Shown piece by piece: positions 29,501 through 44,272 of a stretch of 64,000 nt of DNA. This DNA comes from Eledone cirrhosa. Lineage: Eukaryota. The stretch's first letter is position 1, and each line of letters begins with the position of its first letter. Where the stretch lies: positions 432,140,001 to 432,204,000 of the forward strand of contig OZ024740.1 in NCBI GenBank assembly GCA_964016885.1, written 5' to 3'. The position numbers and the translations under genes are program-made. Under the pieces are notes generated by a model. The model was not told the origin of the DNA, did not search any database, and saw nothing but the letters and a program-made list of their open reading frames with translations.

Positions 29501-32500
29501 TTATCTGGCTACAGCTGCCATATTTTATAGTTTCTACAACAGACCACAAGAGTCACCTAGTGGGGAAGACAGACATTATCAGGCTACAGCTGCAATATTA
29601 TATAGTTTCTACAACAGACCACAACAGTCACCTAGTGGGGAAGACAGACATTATCTGGCTACAGCTACCATATTATATAGTTTCTACAACAGACCACAAC
29701 AGTCACCTAGTGGGGAAGACAGACATTATCAGGCTACAGCTGCCATATTATATAGTTTCTACAACAGAACACAACAGTCACCTAATGGGGAAGACAGACA
29801 TTATCAGGCTACAGCTGCCATATTATATAGTTTCTACAACAGACCACAACAGTCACCTAGTGGGGAAGACAGACATTATCAGGCTACAGCTGTCATATTA
29901 CATAGTTTCTACAACAGACCACAACAGTCACCTAGTGGGGAAGACAGACATTATCAGGCTACAGCTGGCATATTATATAGTTTCTACAACAGACCACAAC
30001 AGTCACCAAATGGGCAAGATAGACATTATCAGGCTACAGCTGTCATATTATATAGTTTCTACAACAGACCACAACAGTCACCTAGTGGGGAAGACAGACA
30101 TTATCTGGCTACAGCTGCAATATTATATAGTTTCTACAACAGAACACAACAGTCACCTAGTGGGGAAGACAGACATTATCAGGCTACAGCTGTCATATTA
30201 CATAGTTTCTAAAACAGAACACAACAGTTACCTAATGGGGAAGACAGACATTGTCAGGCTACAGCTGCCATGTTATATAGTTTCTACAACAGACCACAAC
30301 AGTCACCTAGTGGGGAAGACAGACATTATCTGGCTACAGCTGCCATATTATATAGTTTCTACAACAGACCACAACAGTCACCAAATGGGGAAGACAGACA
30401 TTATAAGGCTACAGCTGTCATATTATATAGTTTCTACAACAGACCACAACAGTCACCAAATGGGGAAGACAGACATTATAAGGCTACAGCTGTCATATTA
30501 TATAGTTTCTACAACAGACCACAACAGTCACCTAGTGGGGGAAGACAGACATTATCAGGCTACAGCTGTCATATTACATAGTTTCTACAACAGACCACAA
30601 CAGTCACCTAGTGGGGAAGACAGACATTATCAGGCTACAGCTGCCATATTATATAGTTTCTACAACAGACCACAACAGTCACCAAATGGGCAAGATAGTC
30701 ATTATCAGGCTACAGCTGTCATATTATATAGTTTCTACAACAGACCACAACAGTCACCTAGTGGGGAAGACAGACATTATCTGGCTACAGCTGCCATATT
30801 ATATAGTTTCTACAACAGAACACAACAGTCACCTAGTGGGGAAGACAGACATTATCAGGCTACAGCTGTCATATTACATAGTTTCTACAACAGAACACAA
30901 CAGTCACCTAATGGGGAAGACAGACATTATCAGGCTACAGCTGCCATATTATATAGTTTCTACAACAGACCACAATAGTCACCTAGTGGGGAAGACAGAC
31001 ATTATCCGGCAACAGCTGCCATATTATATAGTTTCTACAACAGACCACAACAGTCACCTAGTGGGGAAGACAGACATTATCTGGCAACAGCTGCCATATT
31101 ATATAGTTTCTACAACAGACCACAACAGTCACCTAGTGGGGAAGACAGACATTATCTGGCTACAGCTGCCATATTATATAGTTTCTACAACAGAACACAA
31201 CAGTCACCTAGTGGGGAAGACAGACATTATCAGGCTACAGCTGTCATATTACATAGTTTCTACAACAGAACACAACAGTCACTAAATGGGGAAGACAGAC
31301 ATTATCAGGCTACAGCTGTCATATTATATAGTTTCTTCAACAGACCACAACAGTCACCTAGTGGGGAAGACAGACATTATCAGGCTACAGCTGTCAAGTT
31401 ATATAGTTTCTATAACAGACCACAACAGTCACCTAGTGGGGAAGACAGACATTATCAGGCTACAGCTGCCATATTATATAGTTTCTACAACAGACCACAA
31501 CAGTCACATAGTGGGGAAGACAGACATTATCAGGCTACAGCTGTCATATTACATAGTTTCTACAACAGACCACAACAGTCACCTAGTGGGGAAGACAGAC
31601 ATTATCAGGCTACAGCTGTCATATTACATAGTTTCTACAACAGACCACAACAGTCACATAGTGGGGAAGACAGACATTATCAGGCTACAGCTGTCATATT
31701 ACATAGTTTCTAAAACAGACCACAACAGTCACCTAGTGGGGAAGACAGACATTATCAGGCTACAGTTGCAATATTATATAGTTTCTACAACAGACCACAA
31801 CAGTCACCTAGTGGGGAAGACAGACATTATCTGGCTACAGCTGCCATATTATATAGTTTCTACAACAGACAACAACAGTCACCTAGTGGGGAAGACAGAC
31901 ATTATCTGGCTACAGCTGCCATATTATATAGTTTCTACAACAGACCACAACAGTCACCTAGTGGGGAAGACAGACATTATCAGGCTACAGCTGTCATATT
32001 ACATAGTTTCTACAACAGACCACAACAGTCACCTAGTGGGGAAGACAGACATTATCAGGCTACAGCTGTCATATTACATAGTTTCTACAACAGACCACAA
32101 CAGTCACATAGTGGGGAAGACAGACATTATCAGGCTACAGCTGTCATATTACATAGTTTCTACAACAGACCACAACAGTCACCAAATGGGCAAGATAGAC
32201 ATTATCAGACTACAGCTGTCATATTATATAGTTTCTACAACAGACCACAACACTCACCTAGTGGGGAAGACAGACATTATCAGGCTACAGCTGCCATATT
32301 ATATAGTTTCTACAACAGACCACAACAGTCACCAAATGTGGAAGACAGACATTATCAGGCTACAGCTGCCATATTACTTAGTTTCTACAACAGACCACAA
32401 CAGTCACCTAGTGGGGAAGACAGACATTATCAGGCTACAGCTGTCATATTATATAGTTTCTACAACAGACCACAACAGTCACCTAGTGGGGAAGACAGAC

Positions 32501-35500
32501 ATTATCAGGCTACAGCTGCCATATTATATAGTTTCTACAACAGACCACAACAGTCACCAAATGGGGAAGACAGACATTATCAGGCTACAGCTGCCATATT
32601 ATATAGTTTCTACAACAGACCACAACAGTCACCTAGTGGGGAAGACAGACATTATCAGGCTACAGCTGCCATATTATATAGTTTCTACAACAGACCACAA
32701 CAGTCACCTAGTGGGGAAGACAGACATTATCAGGCTACAGCTGCCATATTATATAGTTTCTACAACAGACCACAACAGTCACCTAATGGGGAAGACAGAC
32801 ATTATCAGGCTACAGCTGTCATATTACATAGTTTCTACAACAGACCACAACAGTCACCTAGTGGGGAAGACAGACATTATCAGGCTACAGCTGCCATATT
32901 ATATAGTTTCTACAACAGACCACAACAGTCACCTAGTGGGGAAGACAGACATTATCAGGCTACAGCTGCCATATTATATAGTTTCTACAACAGACCACAA
33001 CAGTCACCAAATGGGGAAGACAGACATTATCAGGCTACAGCTGCCATATTATATAGTTTCTACAACAGACCACAACAGTCACCTAGTGGGGAAGACAGAC
33101 ATTATCAGGCTACAGCTGCCATATTATATAGTTTCTACAACAGACCACAACAGTCACCTAGTGGGGAAGACAGACATTATCAGGCTACAGCTGCCATATT
33201 ATATAGTTTCTACAACAGACCACAACAGTCACCTAATGGGGAAGACAGACATTATCAGGCTACAGCTGTCATATTACATAGTTTCTACAACAGACCACAA
33301 CAGTCACCTAGTGGGGAAGACAGACATTATCAGGCTACAGCTGCCATATTATATAGTTTCTACAACAGACCACAACAGTCACCTAGTGGGGAAGACAGAC
33401 ATTATCAGGCTACAGCTGTCATATTACATAGTTTCTACAACAGACCAAAACAGTCACCTAGTGGGGAAGACAGACATTATCAGGCTACAGCTGCCATATT
33501 ATATAGTTTCTACAACAGACCACAACAGTCACCTAGTGGGGAAGACAGACATTATCAGGCTACAGCTGTCATATTACATAGTTTCTACAACAGACCACAA
33601 CAGCCACCTAGTGGGGAAGACAGACATTATCAGGGTACAGCTGCAATATTATATAGTTTCTACAACAGACAACCACAGTCACCTAGTGGGGAAGACAGAC
33701 ATTATCAGGCTACAGCTGTCATATTATATAGTTTCTACAACAGACCACAACAGTCACCAAATGGGGAAGACAGACATTATAAGGCTACAGCTGTCATATT
33801 ATATAGTTTCTACAACAGACCACAACAGTCACCTAGTGGGGGAAGACAGACATTATCAGGCTACAGCTGTCATATTACATAGTTTCTACAACAGACCACA
33901 ACAGTCACCTAGTGGGGAAGACAGACATTATCAGGCTACAGCTGCCATATTATATAGTTTCTACAACAGACCACAACAGTCACCAAATGGGCAAGATAGT
34001 CATTATCAGGCTACAGCTGTCATATTATATAGTTTCTACAACAGACCACAACAGTCACCTAGTGGGGAAGACAGACATTATCTGGCTACAGCTGCCATAT
34101 TATATAGTTTCTACAACAGAACACAACAGTCACCTAGTGGGGAAGACAGACATTATCAGGCTACAGCTGTCATATTACATAGTTTCTACAACAGAACACA
34201 ACAGTCACCTAATGGGGAAGACAGACATTATCAGGCTACAGCTGCCATATTATATAGTTTCTACAACAGACCACAATAGTCACCTAGTGGGGAAGACAGA
34301 CATTATCCGGCAACAGCTGCCATATTATATAGTTTCTACAACAGACCACAACAGTCACCTAGTGGGGAAGACAGACATTATCTGGCAACAGCTGCCATAT
34401 TATATAGTTTCTACAACAGACCACAACAGTCACCTAGTGGGGAAGACAGACATTATCTGGCTACAGCTGCCATATTATATAGTTTCTACAACAGAACACA
34501 ACAGTCACCTAGTGGGGAAGACAGACATTATCAGGCTACAGCTGTCATATTACATAGTTTCTACAACAGAACACAACAGTCACTAAATGGGGAAGACAGA
34601 CATTATCAGGCTACAGCTGTCATATTATATAGTTTCTTCAACAGACCACAACAGTCACCTAGTGGGGAAGACAGACATTATCAGGCTACAGCTGTCATGT
34701 TATATAGTTTCTATAACAGACCACAACAGTCACCTAGTGGGGAAGACAGACATTATCAGGCTACAGCTGCCATATTATATAGTTTCTACAACAGACCACA
34801 ACAGTCACATAGTGGGGAAGACAGACATTATCAGGCTACAGCTGTCATATTACATAGTTTCTACAACAGACCACAACAGTCACCTAGTGGGGAAGACAGA
34901 CATTATCAGGCTACAGCTGTCATATTACATAGTTTCTACAACAGACCACAACAGTCACATAGTGGGGAAGACAGACATTATCAGGCTACAGCTGTCATAT
35001 TACATAGTTTCTAAAACAGACCACAACAGTCACCTAGTGGGGAAGACAGACATTATCAGGCTACAGTTGCAATATTATATAGTTTCTACAACAGACCACA
35101 ACAGTCACCTAGTGGGGAAGACAGACATTATCTGGCTACAGCTGCCATATTATATAGTTTCTACAACAGACCACAACAGTCACCTAGTGGGGAAGACAGA
35201 CATTATCAGGCTACAGCTGTCATATTACATAGTTTCTACAACAGACCACAACAGTCACCTAGTGGGGAAGACAGACATTATCAGGCTACAGCTGTCATAT
35301 TACATAGTTTCTACAACAGACCACAACAGTCACATAGTGGGGAAGACAGACATTATCAGGCTACAGCTGTCATATTACATAGTTTCTACAACAGACCACA
35401 ACAGTCACCAAATGGGCAAGATAGACATTATCAGACTACAGCTGTCATATTATATAGTTTCTACAACAGACCACAACACTCACCTAGTGGGGAAGACAGA

Positions 35501-38500
35501 CATTATCAGGCTACAGCTGCCATATTATATAGTTTCTACAACAGACCACAACAGTCACCAAATGTGGAAGACAGACATTATCAGGCTACAGCTGCCATAT
35601 TACTTAGTTTCTACAACAGACCACAACAGTCACCTAGTGGGGAAGACAGACATTATCAGGCTACAGCTGTCATATTATATAGTTTCTACAACAGACCACA
35701 ACAGTCACCTAGTGGGGAAGACAGACATTATCAGGCTACAGCTGCATATTATATAGTTTCTACGACAGACCACAACAGTCACCAAATGGGGAAGACAGAC
35801 ATTATCAGGCTACAGCTGCCATATTATATAGTTTCTACAACAGACCACAACAGTCACCTAGTGGGGAAGACAGACATTATCAGGCTACAGCTGTCATATT
35901 ACATAGTTTCTACAACAGACCACAACAGTCACCTAGTGGGGAAGACGGACATTATCAGGCTACAGCTGTCATATTACATAGTTTCTACAACAGACCACAA
36001 CAGTCACCTAGTGGGGAAGACAGACATTATCAGGCTACAGCTGTCATATTACATAGTTTCTACAACAGACCACAACAGTCACCTAGTGGGGAAGACAGAC
36101 ATTATCAGGCTACAGCTGCCATATTATAATGTTTCTACAACAGACCACAACAGTCACCTAGTGGGGAAGACAGACATTATCAGGCTACAGCTGCCATATT
36201 ATATAGTTTCTACAACAGACCACAACAGTCACCAAATGGGGAAGACAGACATTATCAGGCTAGAGCTGCCATATTATATAGTTTCTACAACAGACCACAA
36301 CAGTCACCTAGTGGGGAAGACAGACATTATCAGGCTACAGCTGCCATATTATATAGTTTCTACAACAGACCACAACAGTCACCTAATGGGGAAGACAGAC
36401 ATTATCAGGCTACAGCTGCCATATTATATAGTTTCTACAACAGACCACAACAGTCACCTAGTGGGGAAGACAGACATTATCAGGCTACAGCTGCCATATT
36501 ATATAGTTTCTACAACAGACCACAACAGTCACCTAATGGGGAAGACAGACATTATCAGGCTACAGCTGTCATATTACATAGTTTCTACAACAGACCACAA
36601 CAGTCACCTAGTGGGGAAGACAGACATTATCAGGCTACAGCTGCCATATTATATAGTTTCTACAACAGACCACAACAGTCACCTAGTGGGGAAGACAGAC
36701 ATTATCAGGCTACAGCTGTCATATTACATAGTTTCTACAACAGACCAAAACAGTCACCTAGTGGGGAAGACAGACATTATCAGGCTACAGCTGCCATATT
36801 ATATAGTTTCTACAACAGACCACAACAGTCACCTAGTGGGGAAGACAGACATTATCAGGCTACAGCTGTCATATTACATAGTTTCTACAACAGACCACAA
36901 CAGCCACCTAGTGGGGAAGACAGACATTATCAGGGTACAGCTGCAATATTATATAGTTTCTACAACAGACAACCACAGTCACCTAGTGGGGAAGACAGAC
37001 ATTATCAGGCTACAGCTGCCATATTATATAGTTTCTACAACAAACCACAACAGTCACCAAATGGGGAAGACAGACATTATCAGGCTACAGCTGCATTATT
37101 ATATAGTTTCTACAACAGACCACAACAGTCACCTAGTGGGGAAGACAGACATTATCAGGCTACAACTGTCATATTATATAGTTTCTACAACAGACCACAA
37201 CAGTCACCTAGTGGGGAAGACAGACATTATCAGGCTACAGCTGCATATTATATAGTTTCTACAACAGACCACAACAGTCACCTAGTGGGGAAGACAGACA
37301 TTATCAGGCTACAGCTGCCATATTATATAGTTTCTACAACAGACCACAACAGTCACCTAGTGGGGAAGACAGACATTATCAGGCTACAGCTGTCATATTA
37401 CATAGTTTCTACAACAGACCACAACAGTCACCTAGTGGGGAAGACAGACATTATCAGGCTACAGCTGTCATATTACATAGTTTCTACAACAGACCACAAC
37501 AGTCACCTAGTGGGGAAGACAGACATTATCAGGCTACAGCTGTCATATTACATAGTTTCTACAACAGACCACAACAGTCACCTAGTGGGGAAGACAGACA
37601 TTATCAGGCTACAGCTGCTATATTATATAGTTTCTACAACAGACCACAACAGTCACCTAATGATGAAGACAAACATTATCTGGCTACAGCTGCCATATTA
37701 TATAGATTCTACAACAGACCACAACAGTCACCAAATGGGGACGACAGACATTACCAGGCTACAGCTGTCATATTACATAGTTTCTACAACAGAACACAAC
37801 AGTCACCTAGTGGGGAAGACAGACATTATCAGGTTACAGCTGTCATATTATATAGTTTCTACAACAGACCACAACAGTCACCAAATGGGGAAGACAGACA
37901 TTATCAGGCTACAGCTGCCATATTATATAGTTTCTACAACAGACCACAACAGTCACCAAATGGGGAAGACAGAGATTATCAGGCTACAGCTGCCATATTA
38001 TATAGTTTCTACAACAGACCACAACAGTCACCAAATGGGGAAGACAGACATTATCGGGCTACAGCTGCCATATTATATAGTTTCTACAACAGACCACAAC
38101 AGTCACCTAGTGGGGAAGACAGACATTATCAGGCTACAGCTGCCATATTATATAGTTTCTACAATAGACCACAACAGTCACCTAGTGGGGAAGACAGACA
38201 TTATCAGGCTACAGCTGTCATATCATATAGTTTCTACAACAGACCACAACAGTCACCTAGTGGGGAAGACAGACATTATCAGGCTACAGCTGCCATATTA
38301 TATAGTTTCTACAACAGACCACAACAGTCACCTAGTGGGGAAGACAGACATTATCAGGCTACAGCTGTCATATTACATAGTTTCTACAACAGACCAAAAC
38401 AGTCACCTAGTGGGGAAGACAGACATTATCAGGCTACAGCTGCCATATTATATAGTTTCTACAACAGACCACAACAGTCACCTAGTGGGGAAGACAGACA

Positions 38501-41500
38501 TTATCAGGCTACAGCTGTCATATTACATAGTTTCTACAACAGACCACAACAGCCACCTAGTGGGGAAGACAGACATTATCAGGGTACAGCTGCAATATTA
38601 TATAGTTTCTACAACAGACAACCACAGTCACCTAGTGGGGAAGACAGACATTATCAGGCTACAGCTGCCATATTATATAGTTTCTACAACAAACCACAAC
38701 AGTCACCAAATGGGGAAGACAGACATTATCAGGCTACAGCTGCAATATTATATAGTTTCTACAACAGACAACCACAGTCACCTAGTGGGGAAGACAGACA
38801 TTATCAGGCTACAGCTGCCATATTATATAGTTTCTACAACAAACCACAACAGTCACCAAATGGGGAAGACAGACATTATCAGGCTACAGCTGCATTATTA
38901 TATAGTTTCTACAACAGACCACAACAGTCACCTAGTGGGGAAGACAGACATTATCAGGCTACAACTGTCATATTATATAGTTTCTACAACAGACCACAAC
39001 AGTCACCTAGTGGGGAAGACAGACATTATCAGGCTACAGCTGCATATTATATAGTTTCTACAACAGACCACAACAGTCACCTAGTGGGGAAGACAGACAT
39101 TATCAGGCTACAGCTGCCATATTATATAGTTTCTACAACAGACCACAACAGTCACCTAGTGGGGAAGACAGACATTATCAGGCTACAGCTGTCATATTAC
39201 ATAGTTTCTACAACAGACCACAACAGTCACCTAGTAGGGAAGACAGACATTATCAGGCTACAGCTGTCATATTACATAGTTTCTACAACAGACCACAACA
39301 GTCACCTAGTGGGGAAGACAGACATTATCAGGCTACAGCTGTCATATTACATAGTTTCTACAACAGACCACAACAGTCACCTAGTGGGGAAGACAGACAT
39401 TATCAGGCTAGAGCTGCTATATTATATAGTTTCTACAACAGACCACAACAGTCACCTAATGATGAAGACAGACATTATCTGGCTACAGCTGCCATATTAT
39501 ATAGATTCTACAACAGACCACAACAGTCACCAAATGGGGACGACAGACATTACCAGGCTACAGCTGTCATATTACATAGTTTCTACAACAGAACACAACA
39601 GTCACCTAGTGGGGAAGACAGACATTATCAGGTTACAGCTGTCATATTATATAGTTTCTACAACAGACCACAACAGTCACCAAATGGGGAAGACAGACAT
39701 TATCAGGCTACAGCTGCCATATTATATAGTTTCTACAACAGACCACAACAGTCACCAAATGGGGAAGACAGAGATTATCAGGCTACAGCTGCCATATTAT
39801 ATAGTTTCTACAACAGACCACAACAGTCACCAAATGGGGAAGACAGACATTATCGGGCTACAGCTGCCATATTATATAGTTTCTACAACAGACCACAACA
39901 GTCACCTAGTGGGGAAGACAGACATTATCAGGCTACAGCTGCCATATTATATAGTTTCTACAATAGACCACAACAGTCACCTAGTGGGGAAGACAGACAT
40001 TATCAGGCTACAGCTGTCATATCATATAGTTTCTACAACAGACCACAACAGTCACCTAGTGGGGAAGACAGACATTATCAGGCTACAGCTGCCATATTAT
40101 ATAGTTTCTACAACAGACCACAACAGTCACCTAGTGGGGAAGACAGACATTATCAGGCTACAGCTGCCATATTATATAGTTTCTACAACAGACCACAACA
40201 GTCACCTAGTGGGGAAGACAGACATTATCAGGCTACAGCTGTCATATTACATAGTTTCTACAACAGACCACAACAGTCACCTAGTGGGGAAGACAGACAT
40301 TATCAGGCTACAGCTGTCATATTACATAGTTTCTACAACAGACCACAACAGTCACCTATTGGGGAAGACAGACATTATCAGGCTACAGCTGCCATATTAT
40401 ATAGTTTCTACAACAGACCACAACACTCACCTAGTGGGGAAGACAGACATTATCAGGCTACAGCTGTCATATTACATAGTTTCTACAACAGACCACAACT
40501 GTCACCTAGTGGGGAAGACAGACATTATCAGGCTACAGCTGCCATATTATATAGTTTCTACAACAGACCACAACAGTCACCTAGTGGGGAAGACAGACAT
40601 TATCAGGCTACAGCTGTCATATTACATAGTTTCTACAACAGACCACAACAGTCACCTAGTGGGGAAGACAGACATTATCAGGCTACAGCTGTCATATTAC
40701 ATAGTTTCTACAACAGACCACAACAGTCACCTAATGAGGAAGACAGACATTATCTGGCTACAGCTGCCATATTATATAGATTCTACAACAGACCACAACA
40801 GTCACCAAATGGGGTAGACAGACATTATCAGGCTACAGCTGCCATATTATATAGTTTCTACAACAGAACACAACAGTCACCTAGTGGGGAAGACAGACAT
40901 TATCAGGCTACAGCTGTCATATTATATAGTTTCTACAACAGACCACAACAGTCACCAAATGGGGACGACAGACATTACCAGGCTACAGCTGTCATATTAC
41001 ATAGTTTCTACAACAGAACACAACAGTCACCTAGTGGGGAAGACAGACATTATCAGGTTACAGCTGTCATATTATATAGTTTCTACAACAGACCACAACA
41101 GTCACCAAATGGGGAAGACAGACATTATCAGGCTACAGCTGTCATATTATATAGTTTCTACAACAGACCACAACAGTCACCAAATGGGGAAGACAGACAT
41201 TATCAGGCTACAGCTGCCATATTATATAGTTTCTACAACAGACCACAACAGTCACCAAATGGGGAAGACAGACATTATCAGGCTACAGCTGCCATATTAT
41301 ATAGTTTCTACAACAGACCACAACAGTCACCAAATGGGGAAGACAGACATTATCAGGCTACAGCTGCCATATTATATAATTTCTACAACAGACCACAACA
41401 GTCACCAAATGGGGAAGACAGACATTATCAGGCTACAGCTGCCATATTATATAGTTTCTACAACAGACCACAACAGTCACCTAGTGGGGAAGACAGACAT

Positions 41501-42948
41501 TATCAGGCTACAGCTGCCATATTATATAGTTTCTACAACAGACCACAGCAGTCACCTAATGGGGAAGACAGACATTATCAGGCTACAGCTGCCATATTAT
41601 ATAGTTTCTACAACAGACCACAACAGTCACCTAATGGGGAAGACAGACATTATCAGGCTACAGCTGTCATATTATATAGTTTCTACAACAGACCACAACA
41701 GTCACTTAGTGGGGAAGACAGACATTATCAGGCTACAGCTGCCATATTATATAGTTTCTACAACAGACCACAAGTCACCAAATGTGGAAGACAGACATTA
41801 TCAGGCTACAGCTGCCATATTATATAGTTTCTACAACAGACCACAACAGTTACCAAATGGGGAAGACAGACATTATCAGGCTACAGCAGTCATATTACAT
41901 AGTTTCAACAACAGAACACAACAGTCACCTAGTGGGGAAGACAGACATTATCAGGCTACAGGTGTCATATTATATAGTTTCTACAACAGACCACAGCAGT
42001 CACCTAATGGGGAAGACAGACATTATCAGGCTACAGCTGCCATATTATATAGTTTCTACAACAGACCACAACAGTCACCTAATGGGGAAGACAGACATTA
42101 TCAGGCTACAGCTGTCATATTATATAGTTTCTACAACAGACCACAACAGTCACTTAGTGGGGAAGACAGACATTATCAGGCTACAGCTGCCATATTATAT
42201 AGTTTCTACAACAGACCACAAGTCACCAAATGTGGAAGACAGACATTATCAGGCTACAGCTGTCATATTATATAGTTTCTACAACAGACCACAACAGTCA
42301 CCAAATGGGGAAGACAGACATTATCAGGCTACAGCTGTCATATTACATAGTTTCTACAACAGACCACCACAGTCACCTAGTGGGGAAGACAGACATTATC
42401 AGGCTACAGCTGCCATATTATATAGTTTCTACAACAGACCACAACAATCACCAAATGGGGAAGACAGACATTATCAGGCTACAGCTGCCATATTATATAG
42501 TTTCTACAACAGACCACAACAATCACCAAATGGGGAAGACAGACATTATCAGGCTACAGCTGTCATATTATATAGTTTCTACAACAGACCACAACAGTCA
42601 CCAAATGGGGAAGACAGACATTATCAGGCTACAGCTGCCATATTATATAGTTTCTACAACAGACCACAACAGTCACCTAGTGGGGAAGACAGACATTATC
42701 AGGCTACAGCTGTCATATTACATAGTTTCTACAACAGACCACAACAGTCACCAAATGGGGAAGACAGACATTATCAGGCTACAGCTGTCATATTACATAG
42801 TTTCTATAACAGGACCACAACAGTCACCAAATGGGGAAGACAGACATTATCAGGCTACAGCTGTCATATTACATAGTTTCTATAACAGGACCACAACAGT
42901 CACCAAATGGGGAAGACAGGCATTATTAGGCTACAGCTGTCATATTAT
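1..42948. repeat. Satellite/minisatellite array A, 75-bp monomer, about 572 copies in the window, runs off the left edge
   Basis: Consensus ACAACAGTCACCTAGTGGGGAAGACAGACATTATCAGGCTACAGCTGYCATATTAYATAGTTTCTACAACAGACC repeats without interruption; about 43% GC, no CpG in the consensus. The phase shift between positions 1 and 42291 (net -10 bp over 564 units) matches the indels seen: nine -1, two -2 and three +1. The array ends mid-monomer at ...CTGTCATATTAT (about 42948). Confidence 0.99.
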
Positions 42949-43286
42949 TCTCTCAGCTAATAAAATGACTGTTGAATTATTTCAAAAGTCTTCAACACAT
43001 CTGAAATACTAATAGTGAATTCAGAGTGTTGCAATGTCAATATTTTGGTAATCTAGAAAGATAAACAGTTTGTCAGGTGAGTGTAGGTGTGTTACTTGTT
43101 AAGAAATACTACTTAGTTAATTTGTTCATAGACAATTTGAGGTTTTCAAGTCATTGACTTAAACACCTAATATTAAGTCCCATTTAGAGGACACAAAAGA
43201 AATCAACATTCCCCTAAAATTATTGGCCTTGCCCCTAAATGTGGTGGTCAACTTGGGTTCAGAAAATTTCGATTGTAGACATATAT

Positions 43287-43290
<4 letters not shown>

Positions 43291-43350
<60 letters not shown>
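43291..43350. repeat. (GA)30 microsatellite followed by a degenerate GA-rich tract to about 43450
   Basis: Perfect GA dinucleotide run read directly. Confidence 0.98.
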
Positions 43351-43353
<3 letters not shown>

Positions 43354-44130
43354 AAGTAAAGAGAGAGAATGGGGATAACTGAGAAATTACATAGAGAGAA
43401 AGTGAGAGATATATGGAGGAAGGGAGAGAAGTGAGGAATTACGAGAGTTGTAAGATTACACATATAATTCTTTATAGGGCAGATTGATCAGAAATCAATA
43501 ATTGGAATCACCTTCAACTTCTCAAGAATTCAATATTTAATTCATTGTGTAATCAAATTTTTTTTAAAAGTATATTTTTGATAAATTTGAAATCAATATT
43601 TACCGTGAAGCAAAAACATAGAAACAATAAATATGGAAGGCCATTAAAGACACAATATCTTGGAGAAGGCTGAGTTGTAGAGAGAAACCAAAGATTCCAG
43701 TAAGTAAAGACCACTGAAGAAATGTTGCAAGAATTGGTTCAAGAATTACTGTTAAATAAGCTACAAAAAACAAAGAATTAAATTATTAAAACAGGTGACA
43801 AAAGATTGTCCAACATGATTCAGTCTCAAATGTTATAAATTTATATGACGCTTCACATCAGGTTTGAAAGGTTTTTTTATACATAATAGACCACCCAGAT
43901 CCCAAAATACAGTAACAGCCTTGATAGGTATGGTGTGACCATTCTGGCCAGACTTGGCTCATAACAGGACCACCCAGTAACATGGCTCCTAGCACATTCA
44001 ACTGGCTTGACCTCCTTCATAATAGTGTGGCCAGATCTCAGCCATAGTGGCACCACCTGGCTCCCAAACTATGGTTCCGACATGAGCAAGGTACAGTGTG
44101 GTCAAACAGGACATGGGCAACTCTTTTAAC

Positions 44131-44272
44131 CTGGATCTGATCCCAGATTCCCAATCCGATACCAGATCCCCAATTTGATACTGGATCGCTGATCCGATAC
44201 CGGATCCCCCAATTCAATCCTGGCCCCCAATCTTATACCAGATCTCTGATCCAATACCAGATCCCCAATCCG
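44131..44272. repeat. Degenerate minisatellite, about 19-20-bp unit (GATACCAGATCCCCAATCC-like), about 7 units
   Basis: Recurring gatacc[a/g]gatc...aatcc units, e.g. gataccagatccccaattt, gataccggatcccccaattc, aataccagatccccaatcc. Confidence 0.8.

Noticed and set aside
1-42948. Telomeric or G-quadruplex repeat
   Set aside because: Only one G4 run per 75 bp and no TTAGGG or TTAGG units.
15-43012. Dozens of long + strand ORFs (GKTDIIRLQL... and SFYNRPQQSPSGEDRHYQ... 25-aa repeats)
   Set aside because: Two overlapping frames are open only because the 75-bp unit lacks stops in them. Stops and frameshifts are propagated by duplications, many starts are GTG inside the repeat, and there is no unique N- or C-terminal domain. 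They lack C2H2, ankyrin or LRR signatures.
42950-43082. Possible 120-bp exon (TCTCTCAG acceptor at 42956, CAG|GTGAGT donor at 43076) and AATAAA at 42959 just after array A
   Set aside because: All three frames of the candidate exon contain stops, and these short signals are expected by chance in AT-rich DNA. A non-coding exon cannot be supported without RNA data.
43248-43463. 71-aa minus-strand ORF with (SL)n
   Set aside because: Translation of the (GA)n microsatellite.
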